Of a stretch of 64,000 bases of DNA, positions 1 through 10,264 are shown piece by piece. This stretch comes from a virus. A program made the translations under genes and the position numbers. Position 1 is the stretch's first letter. Every line of letters begins with the position of its first letter. The DNA is taken from the IMG/VR virus record IMGVR_UViG_3300020172_002676, positions 1 to 64,000 of that record. The stretch is one strand, 5' to 3'. The notes below the pieces were generated by a model. The model ran no database searches. It was not told where the DNA came from and worked only from the letters and a program-made list of their open reading frames with translations.

Positions 1-699
1 TGTTCCTGAAGAACCCGAAGTCCCATCTATTCCTGAAGAACCTGATGTTCCTGAAGAACCACTTGTACCATCTATACCTGAAGAACCTGATGTTCCTGAT
101 GAACCACTTGTTCCGTCTAATCCTGAGCTACCGCTAGTTCCTGATGAACCTGAGGTACCTGAAGAACCGCTTGTTCCATCTATACCTGAAGAACCTGATG
201 TTCCTGAAGAACCACTTGTACCGTCTGTACCACTTGAACCTGAAGTTCCTGAAGAACCACTTGTTCCATCTGTTCCTGAGCTTCCTGATGTACCACTAGA
301 ACCTGATGTTCCTGAAGAACCACTTGTACCGTCAGTCCCTGAGCTTCCTGATGTACCGCTAGTTCCTGAAGAACCACTTGTACCGCTAGTTCCTGATGTA
401 CCATCTAATCCTGATGTACCGCTAGTTCCTGATGTACCGCTAGTTCCTGATGTTCCTGATGTTCCTGATGAACCGCTTGTACCTGATGAACCGCTTGTAC
501 CTGAACTACCCGATGTTCCTGATGAACCGCTTGTACCTGAACTACCCGATGTTCCTGAAGAACCACTAGTTCCATCTATACCTGATGAACCTGATGTTCC
601 TGAAGAACCACTTGTACCGCTTGTTCCGCTTGTACCGCTAGTTCCTGAAGTTCCGCTAGTTCCTGAAGTTCCGCTCGTACCACTTGTACCACTAGTTCC
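1..699 (-). repeat. Degenerate 9-bp/18-bp coding tandem repeat encoding (G-T-S/G-S-S/G-x-D)n
   Basis: Repeated gttcctgaagaacc / cttgtacc / gctagttcc units; the minus frame reads ...GSSGIDGTSGSSGT, about 77 triplets. Confidence 0.92.
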
Positions 700-1554
700 C
701 CCTGTAATTGTTATAGTAATATTTCCACTACCATTATTAACAACAGTCGCTCCGCTAAAGGTCATTCCCGTAACATTTGAAACCGTAGTTGTTCCATCTC
801 CAACAGTAAGAGGACTTCCCCCTGATGTAATTCCTGAAACACTAACATCACCACCATCACTATTATTAAGAGTTAATGTTGATGTTCCACTATCATATGT
901 TCCACCCGTAATCGTACCTGTAAATCCTGTTATTGTAACTGTTCCACCAGTACTATTATATAAATCTAATTCTTGTGTTCCCGAAAAATAGGTTCCACCT
1001 GTAATTTGAACATCACTACCCGAAAATATTCTCCATCTCGCATCATTGTAATTAACACCATTAACACCCTCAATTGTACTTCCTGTCCAAGCGTTAATGA
1101 AATTTTTACCCGCCTGAGAACGACTATTAACAACAGTATTATAATCTGTAACCGTAATTGCAGAACTACCAGTTAATCCTGTAATACCACTCCATAATAC
1201 ATCATAATTAGGGATTGAATATTGATATACAGTATCTGTTTCCTGAACATAAACTTGCATACCCAATCTTCTTCTACCTGAAGAAATATTATCAGAATTT
1301 AACGTAATAAAATCAGGTGAAAACGCAGACCCAGTACCTTTTGTAAAATTAATTGGAATTGTATTTGCAGATAATTGAATATTTGATGGATAGGTTGAAG
1401 CCGTTAATACCAAATTCAAATCATACAAATTATAAACCTCCATATGACCACCTGTTTGTAAAACAGAGAAATTAGTGCCAAAAGTACTAGTTCTTGCAAC
1501 ACTATTAGGTCCTGCTAGTTGAGATGATGATAAAGGATTTTTATATGGAAACAT
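1..1554 (-). CDS. Tail/virion fibre protein with long Gly-X-Y (GTS/GSS/GID) collagen-like Ser/Thr repeat; 3' end lies beyond the left window edge
   Basis: Absent from the ORF track because no stop is reached in the window. ATG at 1554 (MFPYKNPLSSSQLAG...), frame open to base 1. Contains RRRLGMQVYVQETDTVYQ and TGGTY repeats, then Gly every third residue over 699-1. Confidence 0.88.
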   Translation of the reverse strand, partial: MFPYKNPLSSSQLAGPNSVARTSTFGTNFSVLQTGGHMEVYNLYDLNLVLTASTYPSNIQLSANTIPINFTKGTGSAFSPDFITLNSDNISSGRRRLGMQVYVQETDTVYQYSIPNYDVLWSGITGLTGSSAITVTDYNTVVNSRSQAGKNFINAWTGSTIEGVNGVNYNDARWRIFSGSDVQITGGTYFSGTQELDLYNSTGGTVTITGFTGTITGGTYDSGTSTLTLNNSDGGDVSVSGITSGGSPLTVGDGTTTVSNVTGMTFSGATVVNNGSGNITITITGGTSGTSGTSGTSGTSGTSGTSGTSGTSGTSGSSGTSGSSGIDGTSGSSGTSGSSGTSGSSGTSGSSGTSGSSGTSGSSGTSGTSGTSGTSGTSGTSGLDGTSGTSGTSGSSGTSGTSGSSGTDGTSGSSGTSGSSGTSGSSGTDGTSGSSGTSGSSGTDGTSGSSGTSGSSGIDGTSGSSGTSGSSGTSGSSGLDGTSGSSGTSGSSGIDGTSGSSGTSGSSGIDGTSGSSGT

Positions 1555-1585
1555 ATTTTTTTATATTTTTTTTTAAATTACATTA

Positions 1586-2650
1586 TTATGATTTAGTATC
1601 ACCCTTAACCCAAAATGTCGTAGTTAATGGTGGTCCTGATGGTTCTGAATACAATTCATTCATCCATAATACCCTATAAGTTCCTGAAGGAATTGCACAT
1701 CCACTTGGAACTATTACGTTAATACCCGCATTACCAACATCAGGTATACCATCGTTAATTATTGATGTAGAACATGCACTACCAAATCCAACATCAATTG
1801 TCATATTATTAAATACCCCACCTACACCTGCCAATGGAACCCAAACAGTATATGTGTATTGAATCGAAGGATTTACTTGTGATGTACTCACAGGGATACT
1901 ACCAAAAGTATATTGATTTTGAGGACATCCATAACCATCAACTCCCGTACCTGAAGATTGTCTAATTGGTCCTGATAATGATGATATGTTAGTTATAAAG
2001 TTACCAACAGAACCTGTCCATCCTGAATATTGAACATATATTGCCATATCGGCAGGATAATTAACCCCACCAGGAGTTCCACTATTACCCCATCCAAAGA
2101 ATGATGTTGCTCCAGCATCAAACATAAACTGACCTAAATCATTTAATGATGTACTATCTTGTGGTTCAGGGAATAAGTAAGCACTGAATGGTGCTGAACT
2201 TGGTGTTGGCGTATTTGTTGGTGTAACTGTCGGGGTTGGTGTTTGAGTTGGTGTTTGAGTTGGAGTTTCTGTATTTGTTGGTGTAGGAGTTGGTGATATT
2301 CCTGGTGTTGGTGTAATACTTGGCGTTACAGTGTTAGTTGGTGTTGGTGTTGGAGTTTGACTTGTTGGTGTTGGTGTTGGAGTTTGACTTGTCGGTGTAA
2401 CCGTTGGTGTTGGTGTAGGCGTTGGTGTTGTACATTCTATATTCACTACAACACCATTTAACATTTGGGTTCTTGTTTGTGCAGAATAATATATTACATC
2501 ATCAAGATAAACGTTAAATGGCCCTAAAGCATTTGAATTAGAAGCAAGTCTTACAATATATGATGTACACCCACTTATATTAAGTTGTTGCTCAATTTCA
2601 TTATTACAACCTACCGCAATATTAGTGACAAGAATAGTATATATAGTCAT
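1586..2650 (-). CDS. Virion-associated protein with Thr-Pro (mucin-like) linker between two globular domains
   Basis: 354-aa ORF with a (TP)n tract at about 2200-2430; lies in the fibre/baseplate gene block. Confidence 0.75.
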   Translation of the reverse strand: MTIYTILVTNIAVGCNNEIEQQLNISGCTSYIVRLASNSNALGPFNVYLDDVIYYSAQTRTQMLNGVVVNIECTTPTPTPTPTVTPTSQTPTPTPTSQTPTPTPTNTVTPSITPTPGISPTPTPTNTETPTQTPTQTPTPTVTPTNTPTPSSAPFSAYLFPEPQDSTSLNDLGQFMFDAGATSFFGWGNSGTPGGVNYPADMAIYVQYSGWTGSVGNFITNISSLSGPIRQSSGTGVDGYGCPQNQYTFGSIPVSTSQVNPSIQYTYTVWVPLAGVGGVFNNMTIDVGFGSACSTSIINDGIPDVGNAGINVIVPSGCAIPSGTYRVLWMNELYSEPSGPPLTTTFWVKGDTKS

Positions 2651-2750
2651 CTGCTGTTTTTATTAAATAAATACCACAGATATAATATTTACATTACTAT
2701 TTTGAGAAAAAACTAATTTTATATTAAACTACACCTACGATTGTCGTATA

Positions 2751-3044
2751 TTATTGGATTGTCACAACACACGATGTTAATTCAAATATAATTTCAAACG
2801 CACATCCATAAGTACATTCCAATATTTTAAATAATTCACACCCATTGTCATCAACTAATAATAACATAACTTCAGGTGCCGTCTCAAAAATTGGGGGGAT
2901 TGTTATATTATATTGTTGTGCGGGAGGAACAGGACCAGGGTCTATTGTTCCAAGAAAAGTTTGATTATTACCATAAACATCCGCAAGAAATACGTTGATT
3001 GGGTAGGTTGCCCCCGATATATTTTCAATTCTAATTTGTACCAT
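2751..3044 (-). CDS. Hypothetical small structural protein (beta-rich, DDNGC motif)
   Basis: 97-aa ORF co-oriented with neighbours and separated from them by short gaps; D-x-x-G-C resembles the SprB repeat end. Confidence 0.65.
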   Translation of the reverse strand: MVQIRIENISGATYPINVFLADVYGNNQTFLGTIDPGPVPPAQQYNITIPPIFETAPEVMLLLVDDNGCELFKILECTYGCAFEIIFELTSCVVTIQ

Positions 3045-3050
3045 TTTATT

Positions 3051-5204
3051 TTATAATATTATACCACAATCAGAACACATAATGTCATAAACAATTAATA
3101 ATTCAATAACGATTTCTTGTCCGTTTAATGAATCGTTATTTGGATTAGTACTGATTGTTATTAGATTATTTATAGCATCAATAGTTACATCACCAATACC
3201 AGGTATTGTATTTAATAAATCAACAACCGTATCATAATAAAGATTATCGCTTGGCGCCGAAACTAATGATGTTGATGTGAAAAACTCTTCGCTTGTGGTT
3301 AAACCTAAAGGATTTACAGAAACTTTAACACTAAAAGTTGCTGAAACTAAATTACATCCAGTACTACCTGATGTTAAATCTTTATATCCATCATTCAACA
3401 TTACCTGTAAACTACATTTTGATGTTGAATTAACACTAAAAGGCTCAGAACCCATAACATATGTTTGATACGATACATAAGTGGCATCACAAGTAATAGT
3501 CGTTGTTCTTTTTAATGAACATCCCGTATCATCAATAATGGTTAAACTATATGTCCCACCACTTAAACCATCAACGGTTATTTGTTGTGGATTACCTAAA
3601 ACATTGTCCGACCAATAGTATGTAAATGGCGGTGTTCCTGAAGATATAAACGCTGTTAACATCCCATCACTACCACTACCACAAGAAGTACTATATAAAC
3701 TATAATCTAATGGAGAACTTCCAACAACATAAACTTGAGCCGTTTGAGTACATCCAGTCGCATCCGATACAGATACTGTATGTTGTCCTGAAGAAACATT
3801 ATTAAATGTTATGGCAGATAAACTACTATTAAAAACACTAACAAAACCATTATCTAAAGAATAATTATATGGTGCCAATCCTCCTTCACTTTTGGTGATT
3901 AAAATAGACCCATTATTTTGATTACAAGTTGTTCCTGTAGTTTGAGTAGAGATTGTAAAAGTATCTGTGGCGAATAAGGTAACCTCACTCATATAGTAAC
4001 ATCCTGAATCATCTTGTACTGCAATACTATAAGTCCCTGAAGATAAATTTTGAAATTTTTGAGCGGTTTGACTACTACTAATATTTGATGTGTCCCCATT
4101 AGGATATATTATGGTATATGTGTATGGTGATGTTCCACCATTAACTGCAATCATAATTGAACCATCAGTACTTGAACAAGTAGACCCTTGAGAGCTAACG
4201 CTAACTGAAGCAATTCCTAACGGTGTTAACAAACTTGTATTCGCAATAAAAGTACAGAAAGCGGCGTCCGTAACTTGAAAACCATAATTTCCTGCAGATA
4301 ATCCAGATATTGACCACGAGGTCCCATATTGTATTACAACATTTCCTGTTGATGCAGAATAATAGTATGGTGCAGTACCACCTGTTATTTGAATTGTAAT
4401 AGTACCATCAGCAGCAAAACAACTAGGTTGGGTTACAGTAAAAACACCTAACCCAATAACAGGAACATCAACAATTTCAGCACTGGTTGTTAATGAACAT
4501 CCATAACTATCAGTCACCGTAACAGAATAATTCCCACTTGTTAAACCAGTAATATAACTATTTGTTTCTCCATTACTCCACAAATATCCAAATGGTGCAG
4601 TACCTGTCTGTCCTGTTACCGTAATTTTACCCATTGGGGTTCCACCACAACTTGAATTTGGTACGGTATATAACCCATAACTTAAAGTATTAGAATCTTG
4701 AATAATAAATGTTTGACTTTGTCCTGTACATCCTCCCAAATCCTGAGCAACCATATAATAAGTTCCTGCGGTTAAATTACCAAATATTATTGTAGATGTA
4801 TTTGTATTTGCCGAAGCAATATATGTATCATCTGATAAATAAAGATAAAAATTAGTTGACGAATAATCCGATGAAGAAGTTCCTGTAACTATACCATTAT
4901 TTAATGAACACGTAGTTCCTTGTACACCCAAAATATTTGCACAAACACCTGACGATACTGGTATATTAATATAAAAACTTTGATTTACGGGTACTGTACT
5001 ATCATTAACCTCTAATCCATAGGTATATGCACTTAATCCCGTCCTTACTGAAGGTAATAGAGTGACAACATCTGCCCCCAAATTAGGGTCAACCCAATTT
5101 ACTGTATATGGTGGAGTACCACCGACAAATGATATAGATATTGACCCAACATTTGTATTTGAACAATCTCCAGTTACTGATATATTATAATTAAATGCTG
5201 ACAT
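3051..5204 (-). CDS. SprB-repeat protein (Bacteroidota adhesin-type repeats), probable virion fibre/adhesin
   Basis: Repeated GGT(A/P)PY.Y.W...I.GL.(S/A)G.Y.V.V.D..GC units. Start at 5204 (MSAFNY) preferred over 5216 because it avoids overlap with the upstream gene. Confidence 0.8.
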   Translation of the reverse strand: MSAFNYNISVTGDCSNTNVGSISISFVGGTPPYTVNWVDPNLGADVVTLLPSVRTGLSAYTYGLEVNDSTVPVNQSFYINIPVSSGVCANILGVQGTTCSLNNGIVTGTSSSDYSSTNFYLYLSDDTYIASANTNTSTIIFGNLTAGTYYMVAQDLGGCTGQSQTFIIQDSNTLSYGLYTVPNSSCGGTPMGKITVTGQTGTAPFGYLWSNGETNSYITGLTSGNYSVTVTDSYGCSLTTSAEIVDVPVIGLGVFTVTQPSCFAADGTITIQITGGTAPYYYSASTGNVVIQYGTSWSISGLSAGNYGFQVTDAAFCTFIANTSLLTPLGIASVSVSSQGSTCSSTDGSIMIAVNGGTSPYTYTIIYPNGDTSNISSSQTAQKFQNLSSGTYSIAVQDDSGCYYMSEVTLFATDTFTISTQTTGTTCNQNNGSILITKSEGGLAPYNYSLDNGFVSVFNSSLSAITFNNVSSGQHTVSVSDATGCTQTAQVYVVGSSPLDYSLYSTSCGSGSDGMLTAFISSGTPPFTYYWSDNVLGNPQQITVDGLSGGTYSLTIIDDTGCSLKRTTTITCDATYVSYQTYVMGSEPFSVNSTSKCSLQVMLNDGYKDLTSGSTGCNLVSATFSVKVSVNPLGLTTSEEFFTSTSLVSAPSDNLYYDTVVDLLNTIPGIGDVTIDAINNLITISTNPNNDSLNGQEIVIELLIVYDIMCSDCGIIL

Positions 5205-5206
5205 TA

Positions 5207-8200
5207 TTAGATACAATTTATATTAATGTTTATTCCTACATCTAATGTAACTGTTTCAGATATATTTTCAATAGACCCACTTAAGCTAAACACCGTTAAT
5301 TTTAAGTAATTTAAACAAGGAGCTACCCCCTCGTCACAATTTAAAGTATATCCATACCCATAATTGTATAAATTTGGTAGATACTCAACAAGAGCATTTC
5401 TCCATTCCAAATTTGTAGGAACATCTGATAATCCATATCCAGTATAAAATGATTGTTGGATTATTATTTCACCACCAATTCTTAAATCAACAAACCACTC
5501 ACTTAACACGGAATTTTGAACACATTCGGTTAGTGTTAATCCGCTTTCGGCTAACATATTATTAACTCTATTAACAAGAATACTATTAAAATTTGACACA
5601 TCAATATCACCATTTAACCAAGGATATATATAAAAATCGGTGTATTTTGACGAACAAGTACTATCAAAAATATTAGATATGATATAACAAGGATTGACAG
5701 GAACTGGAATAAATTGACATCCCCTTTGTCTTCTATAAACAAACTTTTCTTTATTAAAAATAGAGTTTTCAAGTTTGGTACCACCATTCCATATTGTGGT
5801 TGCAGGTATCATTTGTTCAATTAACTTAGTCCAATATGGACCAATACCATTTACATAATCAATAAGTTTTTGGTATGTATATTGATTATTTGGTATTCCA
5901 ACCGTTTGTTCTGACTCAATATATTTCCAAAATACTGATTGTAGGTTTGGATAACCTCCAGTTTTACCATCAAAAATATATTGTCTATCTCTAACATTAA
6001 TCATATTCTCCCAAAAAGTTTGGTAAAACTCAAAAAATGTTTTCTTTTTTGGTTCAGGATTAATATATGTCGGTTGAAACCCACCAGGGACTGGATAATT
6101 AATAGTATATCCTGTTTCAGGAATTGGGTAATCATACTTTCGTGATTGGTCCCAAACATCATAACTAATCCCTTGAGCAGGGTTTAAAAATATGTCCACA
6201 TTTTTAACATTCAATACTAATTTTTCATTATCAACAAAATAATAAGCATTATAATCACCTTCAGTTGATACTCTAATTTTAGTATCGTCAGATAACCAAG
6301 ATTTATTATTATCCACAACTTTTTGAAGTTTAAATCCTTCCGTCATATATGGGAATTCTCTAAACCTATTCAAATATGGTTGACCATAAGTAAATGGTGT
6401 CAATTGTGTTTGGATATCATAATTTTGACCTGTATATACATTACCTGTAAGTACAACTTGGTCAGGACTTCTATGCTGTGGTGTTTGTTCATACCAACCA
6501 GCACCTATTTGGAAAAAATACGATTCAGTGTTAAGTGGTGCCTTTGGATATCCTTCAATATCAATTGGATAATCCACTAATCTAATATTTGTATCTTGAT
6601 ATGTTGTACTTGATGTAAATGCCGTAAATAATTGACCACTAACTTTAAAAGTACTATTAGGTAAGTAACTCGGTGTTTGACTTGCATATGTACCACCCGA
6701 TATATTTGCCCATTGAGTGTAAAATTGGTCTAAATTAATTCTTTGGTCGGCTAAATAAATGTGTTCATTATATTCTATTAACGAATCGGGTGCTCCAATC
6801 AATCTTAATAAAAATTCAACTGACCTTCTTGTTCCTTTTGATTTAAAAAGATATGATGCGTTTAAGATTAAGTTTCTATAATACGAATAGTTTAATTCTG
6901 TTGGCGTAAGTGCTCTTGCATATCCTGGATATGTTGGTGTTGATGTATTACCAAAAACTGAAGATAAGAAATCTTCATTGGTGATTGGTGAAAAATTAGA
7001 AGACCATCCCAATGTTCTCGCAAGATTAACTAATAACTCTGAAGGTATATCATTTGATGGGTTATAATTAACAGAGTTCATATAAGCTAACCCGTCAATA
7101 AATTGTTTAACCTCATCAAAACTTCTACCGTAAATTTGAAATACTTTTTCAACTTTTTGACCTAAAGTATCAAATTCTTTTAATGAATCTGTAACCAAAA
7201 ATCTTGAAATTAAATTTGTTTTAAATGAATCTAAATTAATTGCAATTTCTTGTATTTGTTCCAAATAAGAATCAAATAAAAATGAACGAATATCTAAATT
7301 CCAAACACCTTGTTTTGGCCAAGTAACTTGTTGGTAATCCGTATATGTTTGTCCATATTCATTTTGTTGTGGAACTTGGAATACCGCAGTATATTCTGGT
7401 CTAACCAATCTATTAACTAAAAATTGTTCAACTTCGTCAAACGATTCTAAAAAAGTTTTATCAACAATATAATCGTTTGGTCTTACTTGAAAATCTTCAT
7501 TGGTTGTTGTTGCGGTTGTTCCAAAAGGCGCTCCCGAAACATAAAATTGTATGTATCCTGAAGACAATGTTTCCGATGGGGTAAAAGATACCACCTCAAA
7601 TATATTGTCATTAATACTAACACAATAATCTAAATAGGTATTATATAGATTTCTATATGGTGAAGTAACTAACTCCCTTACTGATAAATTAGTTGTTGCA
7701 CTAATGGAATAATCAATATCAAATGGATTAACTATCCTATCAACATTAATCTTAAAATAAGTTTCGTTTATTTCACTATCATAAACAATATCATAAGCAG
7801 TATTTCCTGTAACATAATTAGGATTACTAAACATAATATCCAAAGATGCTGGAAAATAATTGATAATTTTGGTTATTGACACACTAAATCTTTTTGCCAA
7901 TGAACCATACATTGAAAAGTTAAGAACCTGAGATACGTCATAATTTGGATAAACCCTAAATTGTTTCGCAAGGATTTCCCTGCTCTCATCTAAACTACCA
8001 ATATCTAACATATCCAATGAGATTGGTTCAGAGAACGCCCCTACATTGAATTTTCTATTAACCTTTTCCGTAACACCTGTGGTAAATTCAAAATTACCTT
8101 GCGTAAGTCCTCCACCCTCAACAGTTTGTAATCCTACAATGTTGTCAGAAAAAGTACCCGCCCCATTACCAGGTCTCGGAGGGTAAAAGTATTTAGTATT

Positions 8201-8218
8201 TTTTATATCTACCGCCAT
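5207..8218 (-). CDS. Baseplate wedge protein (T4 gp7 / P2 gpI-like)
   Basis: 1003 aa; motif LVNLARTLGW...YLFKSKGTRRSVEFLLRLIG is typical of gpI/gp7-like wedge subunits; baseplate context. Confidence 0.65.
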   Translation of the reverse strand: MAVDIKNTKYFYPPRPGNGAGTFSDNIVGLQTVEGGGLTQGNFEFTTGVTEKVNRKFNVGAFSEPISLDMLDIGSLDESREILAKQFRVYPNYDVSQVLNFSMYGSLAKRFSVSITKIINYFPASLDIMFSNPNYVTGNTAYDIVYDSEINETYFKINVDRIVNPFDIDYSISATTNLSVRELVTSPYRNLYNTYLDYCVSINDNIFEVVSFTPSETLSSGYIQFYVSGAPFGTTATTTNEDFQVRPNDYIVDKTFLESFDEVEQFLVNRLVRPEYTAVFQVPQQNEYGQTYTDYQQVTWPKQGVWNLDIRSFLFDSYLEQIQEIAINLDSFKTNLISRFLVTDSLKEFDTLGQKVEKVFQIYGRSFDEVKQFIDGLAYMNSVNYNPSNDIPSELLVNLARTLGWSSNFSPITNEDFLSSVFGNTSTPTYPGYARALTPTELNYSYYRNLILNASYLFKSKGTRRSVEFLLRLIGAPDSLIEYNEHIYLADQRINLDQFYTQWANISGGTYASQTPSYLPNSTFKVSGQLFTAFTSSTTYQDTNIRLVDYPIDIEGYPKAPLNTESYFFQIGAGWYEQTPQHRSPDQVVLTGNVYTGQNYDIQTQLTPFTYGQPYLNRFREFPYMTEGFKLQKVVDNNKSWLSDDTKIRVSTEGDYNAYYFVDNEKLVLNVKNVDIFLNPAQGISYDVWDQSRKYDYPIPETGYTINYPVPGGFQPTYINPEPKKKTFFEFYQTFWENMINVRDRQYIFDGKTGGYPNLQSVFWKYIESEQTVGIPNNQYTYQKLIDYVNGIGPYWTKLIEQMIPATTIWNGGTKLENSIFNKEKFVYRRQRGCQFIPVPVNPCYIISNIFDSTCSSKYTDFYIYPWLNGDIDVSNFNSILVNRVNNMLAESGLTLTECVQNSVLSEWFVDLRIGGEIIIQQSFYTGYGLSDVPTNLEWRNALVEYLPNLYNYGYGYTLNCDEGVAPCLNYLKLTVFSLSGSIENISETVTLDVGINININCI

Positions 8219-9126
8219 TAACCCGTTATGTTTGTGAAGTTTTTGCTAAAATCTATATTATTGTTTCTATTTTGTCTAACCTCATAAAGTAATGCGTTAA
8301 ATTGGTCTCTAATCTCATATAAGTTGTATTGTCTATATATGTTATTTTGAGAGTCATAAATTGTATAGATACCATCATCAATTGATTTGGTTTGATTACC
8401 ATAAAGAGCGATTGCAAGAGATGAAATATCGTATTCAACCATTTCTATTTCCAATGTTACAGGATTAAAAAATGTATTTGAAATAATTATATTTTGATTT
8501 GGTTGTCCAATATAAGGTGTTGCATTTGGCTTATTTGTTGGTGACGATGACGGTGATAAAGTTAAGAATATTAAATTTGAATCCCCATCAACATATCTAT
8601 ATCTTATAGATTTTTGAGTTGTGTTAACTTGGTTAGTTACAATTGGCTCACAAAAGAATGATGATGTTATTACTCTAAAAAAGTTAGGTATTTTTGAGCC
8701 GTCAGCATTTAAGTATTCTATTCTAAATCCAACTAAACCTTGTTGAACAAATTTATTTTGGTATTGTTGTGGGACATTAGTAATATCAATCACAATACCC
8801 TTAACATTAGGTAATGCACTTAAAACACCGCAATCAGTAATCTTAGTTCTTATTTGTGCTGGTCTTAAATATAATGTATAAAACCCTGTAGATGTAAATT
8901 GGTCAGCAGGTAATGTTAAATTATATAACCCACCTAATACCTCAACTCCGTTGTTTCCACCAGTTTGAGTATTATTAAAATAAGGTTTTAATACTGTTTG
9001 AGAGTCAAGTTGTGTTAGCACAAAATTATTCGTCACATCTCGCGATGGTGTGTAATTGAGTATAATCTGAACATCTTCAGGACTAACATCTGAAGGTCTT
9101 ATTGTTCCGTAGCTTCCAATTGCCAT
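8218..9126 (-). CDS. Hypothetical structural (baseplate-region) protein
   Basis: 302-aa ORF with a 1-bp stop/start overlap with the next gene; TATTTAT motif upstream. Confidence 0.6.
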   Translation of the reverse strand: MAIGSYGTIRPSDVSPEDVQIILNYTPSRDVTNNFVLTQLDSQTVLKPYFNNTQTGGNNGVEVLGGLYNLTLPADQFTSTGFYTLYLRPAQIRTKITDCGVLSALPNVKGIVIDITNVPQQYQNKFVQQGLVGFRIEYLNADGSKIPNFFRVITSSFFCEPIVTNQVNTTQKSIRYRYVDGDSNLIFLTLSPSSSPTNKPNATPYIGQPNQNIIISNTFFNPVTLEIEMVEYDISSLAIALYGNQTKSIDDGIYTIYDSQNNIYRQYNLYEIRDQFNALLYEVRQNRNNNIDFSKNFTNITG

Positions 9127-9152
9127 TTGTTTCTTTTTATTTTATAAATAGT

Positions 9153-10262
9153 TTAGTTCTTTTTTTTCACGTCAAAAAATCCGTATCCGTAATTTATCAT
9201 ATCACCTAAATTATCAACTTCACCCAATCTTTGAATTCTTTCGTACGCTGAGTTCTTACCTCTTTCAACAAAAACATTGGTCTGTACCTGTGGTTGGTCA
9301 ATAACCTTGATTAAAACCTCTTCTTTTGTTATAGGGTGTTGACTTAAATTTGTCTCTGTAAATCCTGAAGATTGTTCAAAAAATATTGTTGCCCCCTCTA
9401 CATAATCATAGTAATTAATATTTGTTATTGTATAGGCAGTATAAACATCGTTCATATCTGTAATTGTTCCCCATATCTGACCATTCTTAATTACAACAGC
9501 ACCAACAACATATTTTACTGAACCATATAACGCCAATTCAGTAATTCTTGATTTTGTAATTCCTGATATTGTGAAAGGTACCGTTGTAAAATTATTTGAT
9601 GTTTGTGCGGATACTTCATTTATTGCATCACCCGAAAATATGTAATCATAACTAACTGGTGTATTTAACCAATTACCCCCCGCAGGAATGAAAAACGCCT
9701 CACCATTAGGGTTACTTGCCACAACATCTGTATAAGGTGTTGTAATGGTCTTAGAAACCCTTGTAATTCCCCAAGGATTTGTTTGTTCCATTGTAATTGT
9801 ATATTGTCTATTTGCGGTAGGATATGTATGGTTTAAGGTATTTGGAGCATAAGTTGTAATTGTTTGTTTTACTGAACCATCACCCCAATCCACTCTATAC
9901 GCAGATAAATCCAAAAACTTTTGAAACTCATCCGATGTATTATAAATGTTATAAACATACGGACTTGCCGTTGTTGATGAAAATATAAAATTGGCAACAA
10001 CATCTTTTTGTAATATTGCGCCATCAAATGGTGAAAAATATCCAACATCAATTGCGGTTTGTCTAAGTAAAATCGGTATCGTTAAATCTGTCAATAATGA
10101 AGTACCGTTAGTCCCTCCACTCAATATTTGGGTCATAGCAGAATAAACACCAACAGTTTCTCCCGTATAACTTGAATCTACATTCTCACCCTTAAGGTTT
10201 ACCGTAAACAAATCTCCCTTAATTGTTTCAGGGGATATAACTATATTATAAAAATCTTCCAT
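9153..10262 (-). CDS. Structural protein with PKD-like domain
   Basis: 369 aa; VDWGDGS...HTY...YTITM PKD signature. Confidence 0.65.
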   Translation of the reverse strand: MEDFYNIVISPETIKGDLFTVNLKGENVDSSYTGETVGVYSAMTQILSGGTNGTSLLTDLTIPILLRQTAIDVGYFSPFDGAILQKDVVANFIFSSTTASPYVYNIYNTSDEFQKFLDLSAYRVDWGDGSVKQTITTYAPNTLNHTYPTANRQYTITMEQTNPWGITRVSKTITTPYTDVVASNPNGEAFFIPAGGNWLNTPVSYDYIFSGDAINEVSAQTSNNFTTVPFTISGITKSRITELALYGSVKYVVGAVVIKNGQIWGTITDMNDVYTAYTITNINYYDYVEGATIFFEQSSGFTETNLSQHPITKEEVLIKVIDQPQVQTNVFVERGKNSAYERIQRLGEVDNLGDMINYGYGFFDVKKKN

Positions 10263-10264
10263 CG

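Noticed and set aside
180-404. ORF-track 74-aa VQVVLQE protein
   Set aside because: Alternative frame of the Gly-X-Y repeat in the real 1554-1 gene.
1-699. CRISPR array or non-coding satellite
   Set aside because: Units are multiples of 3, vary at synonymous positions, have no unique spacers and keep one open frame.
9143-9150. T4 late promoter TATAAATA driving plus-strand transcription
   Set aside because: It would point away from the adjacent gene start; orientation across the window consistently fits TATTTAT on the coding strand.
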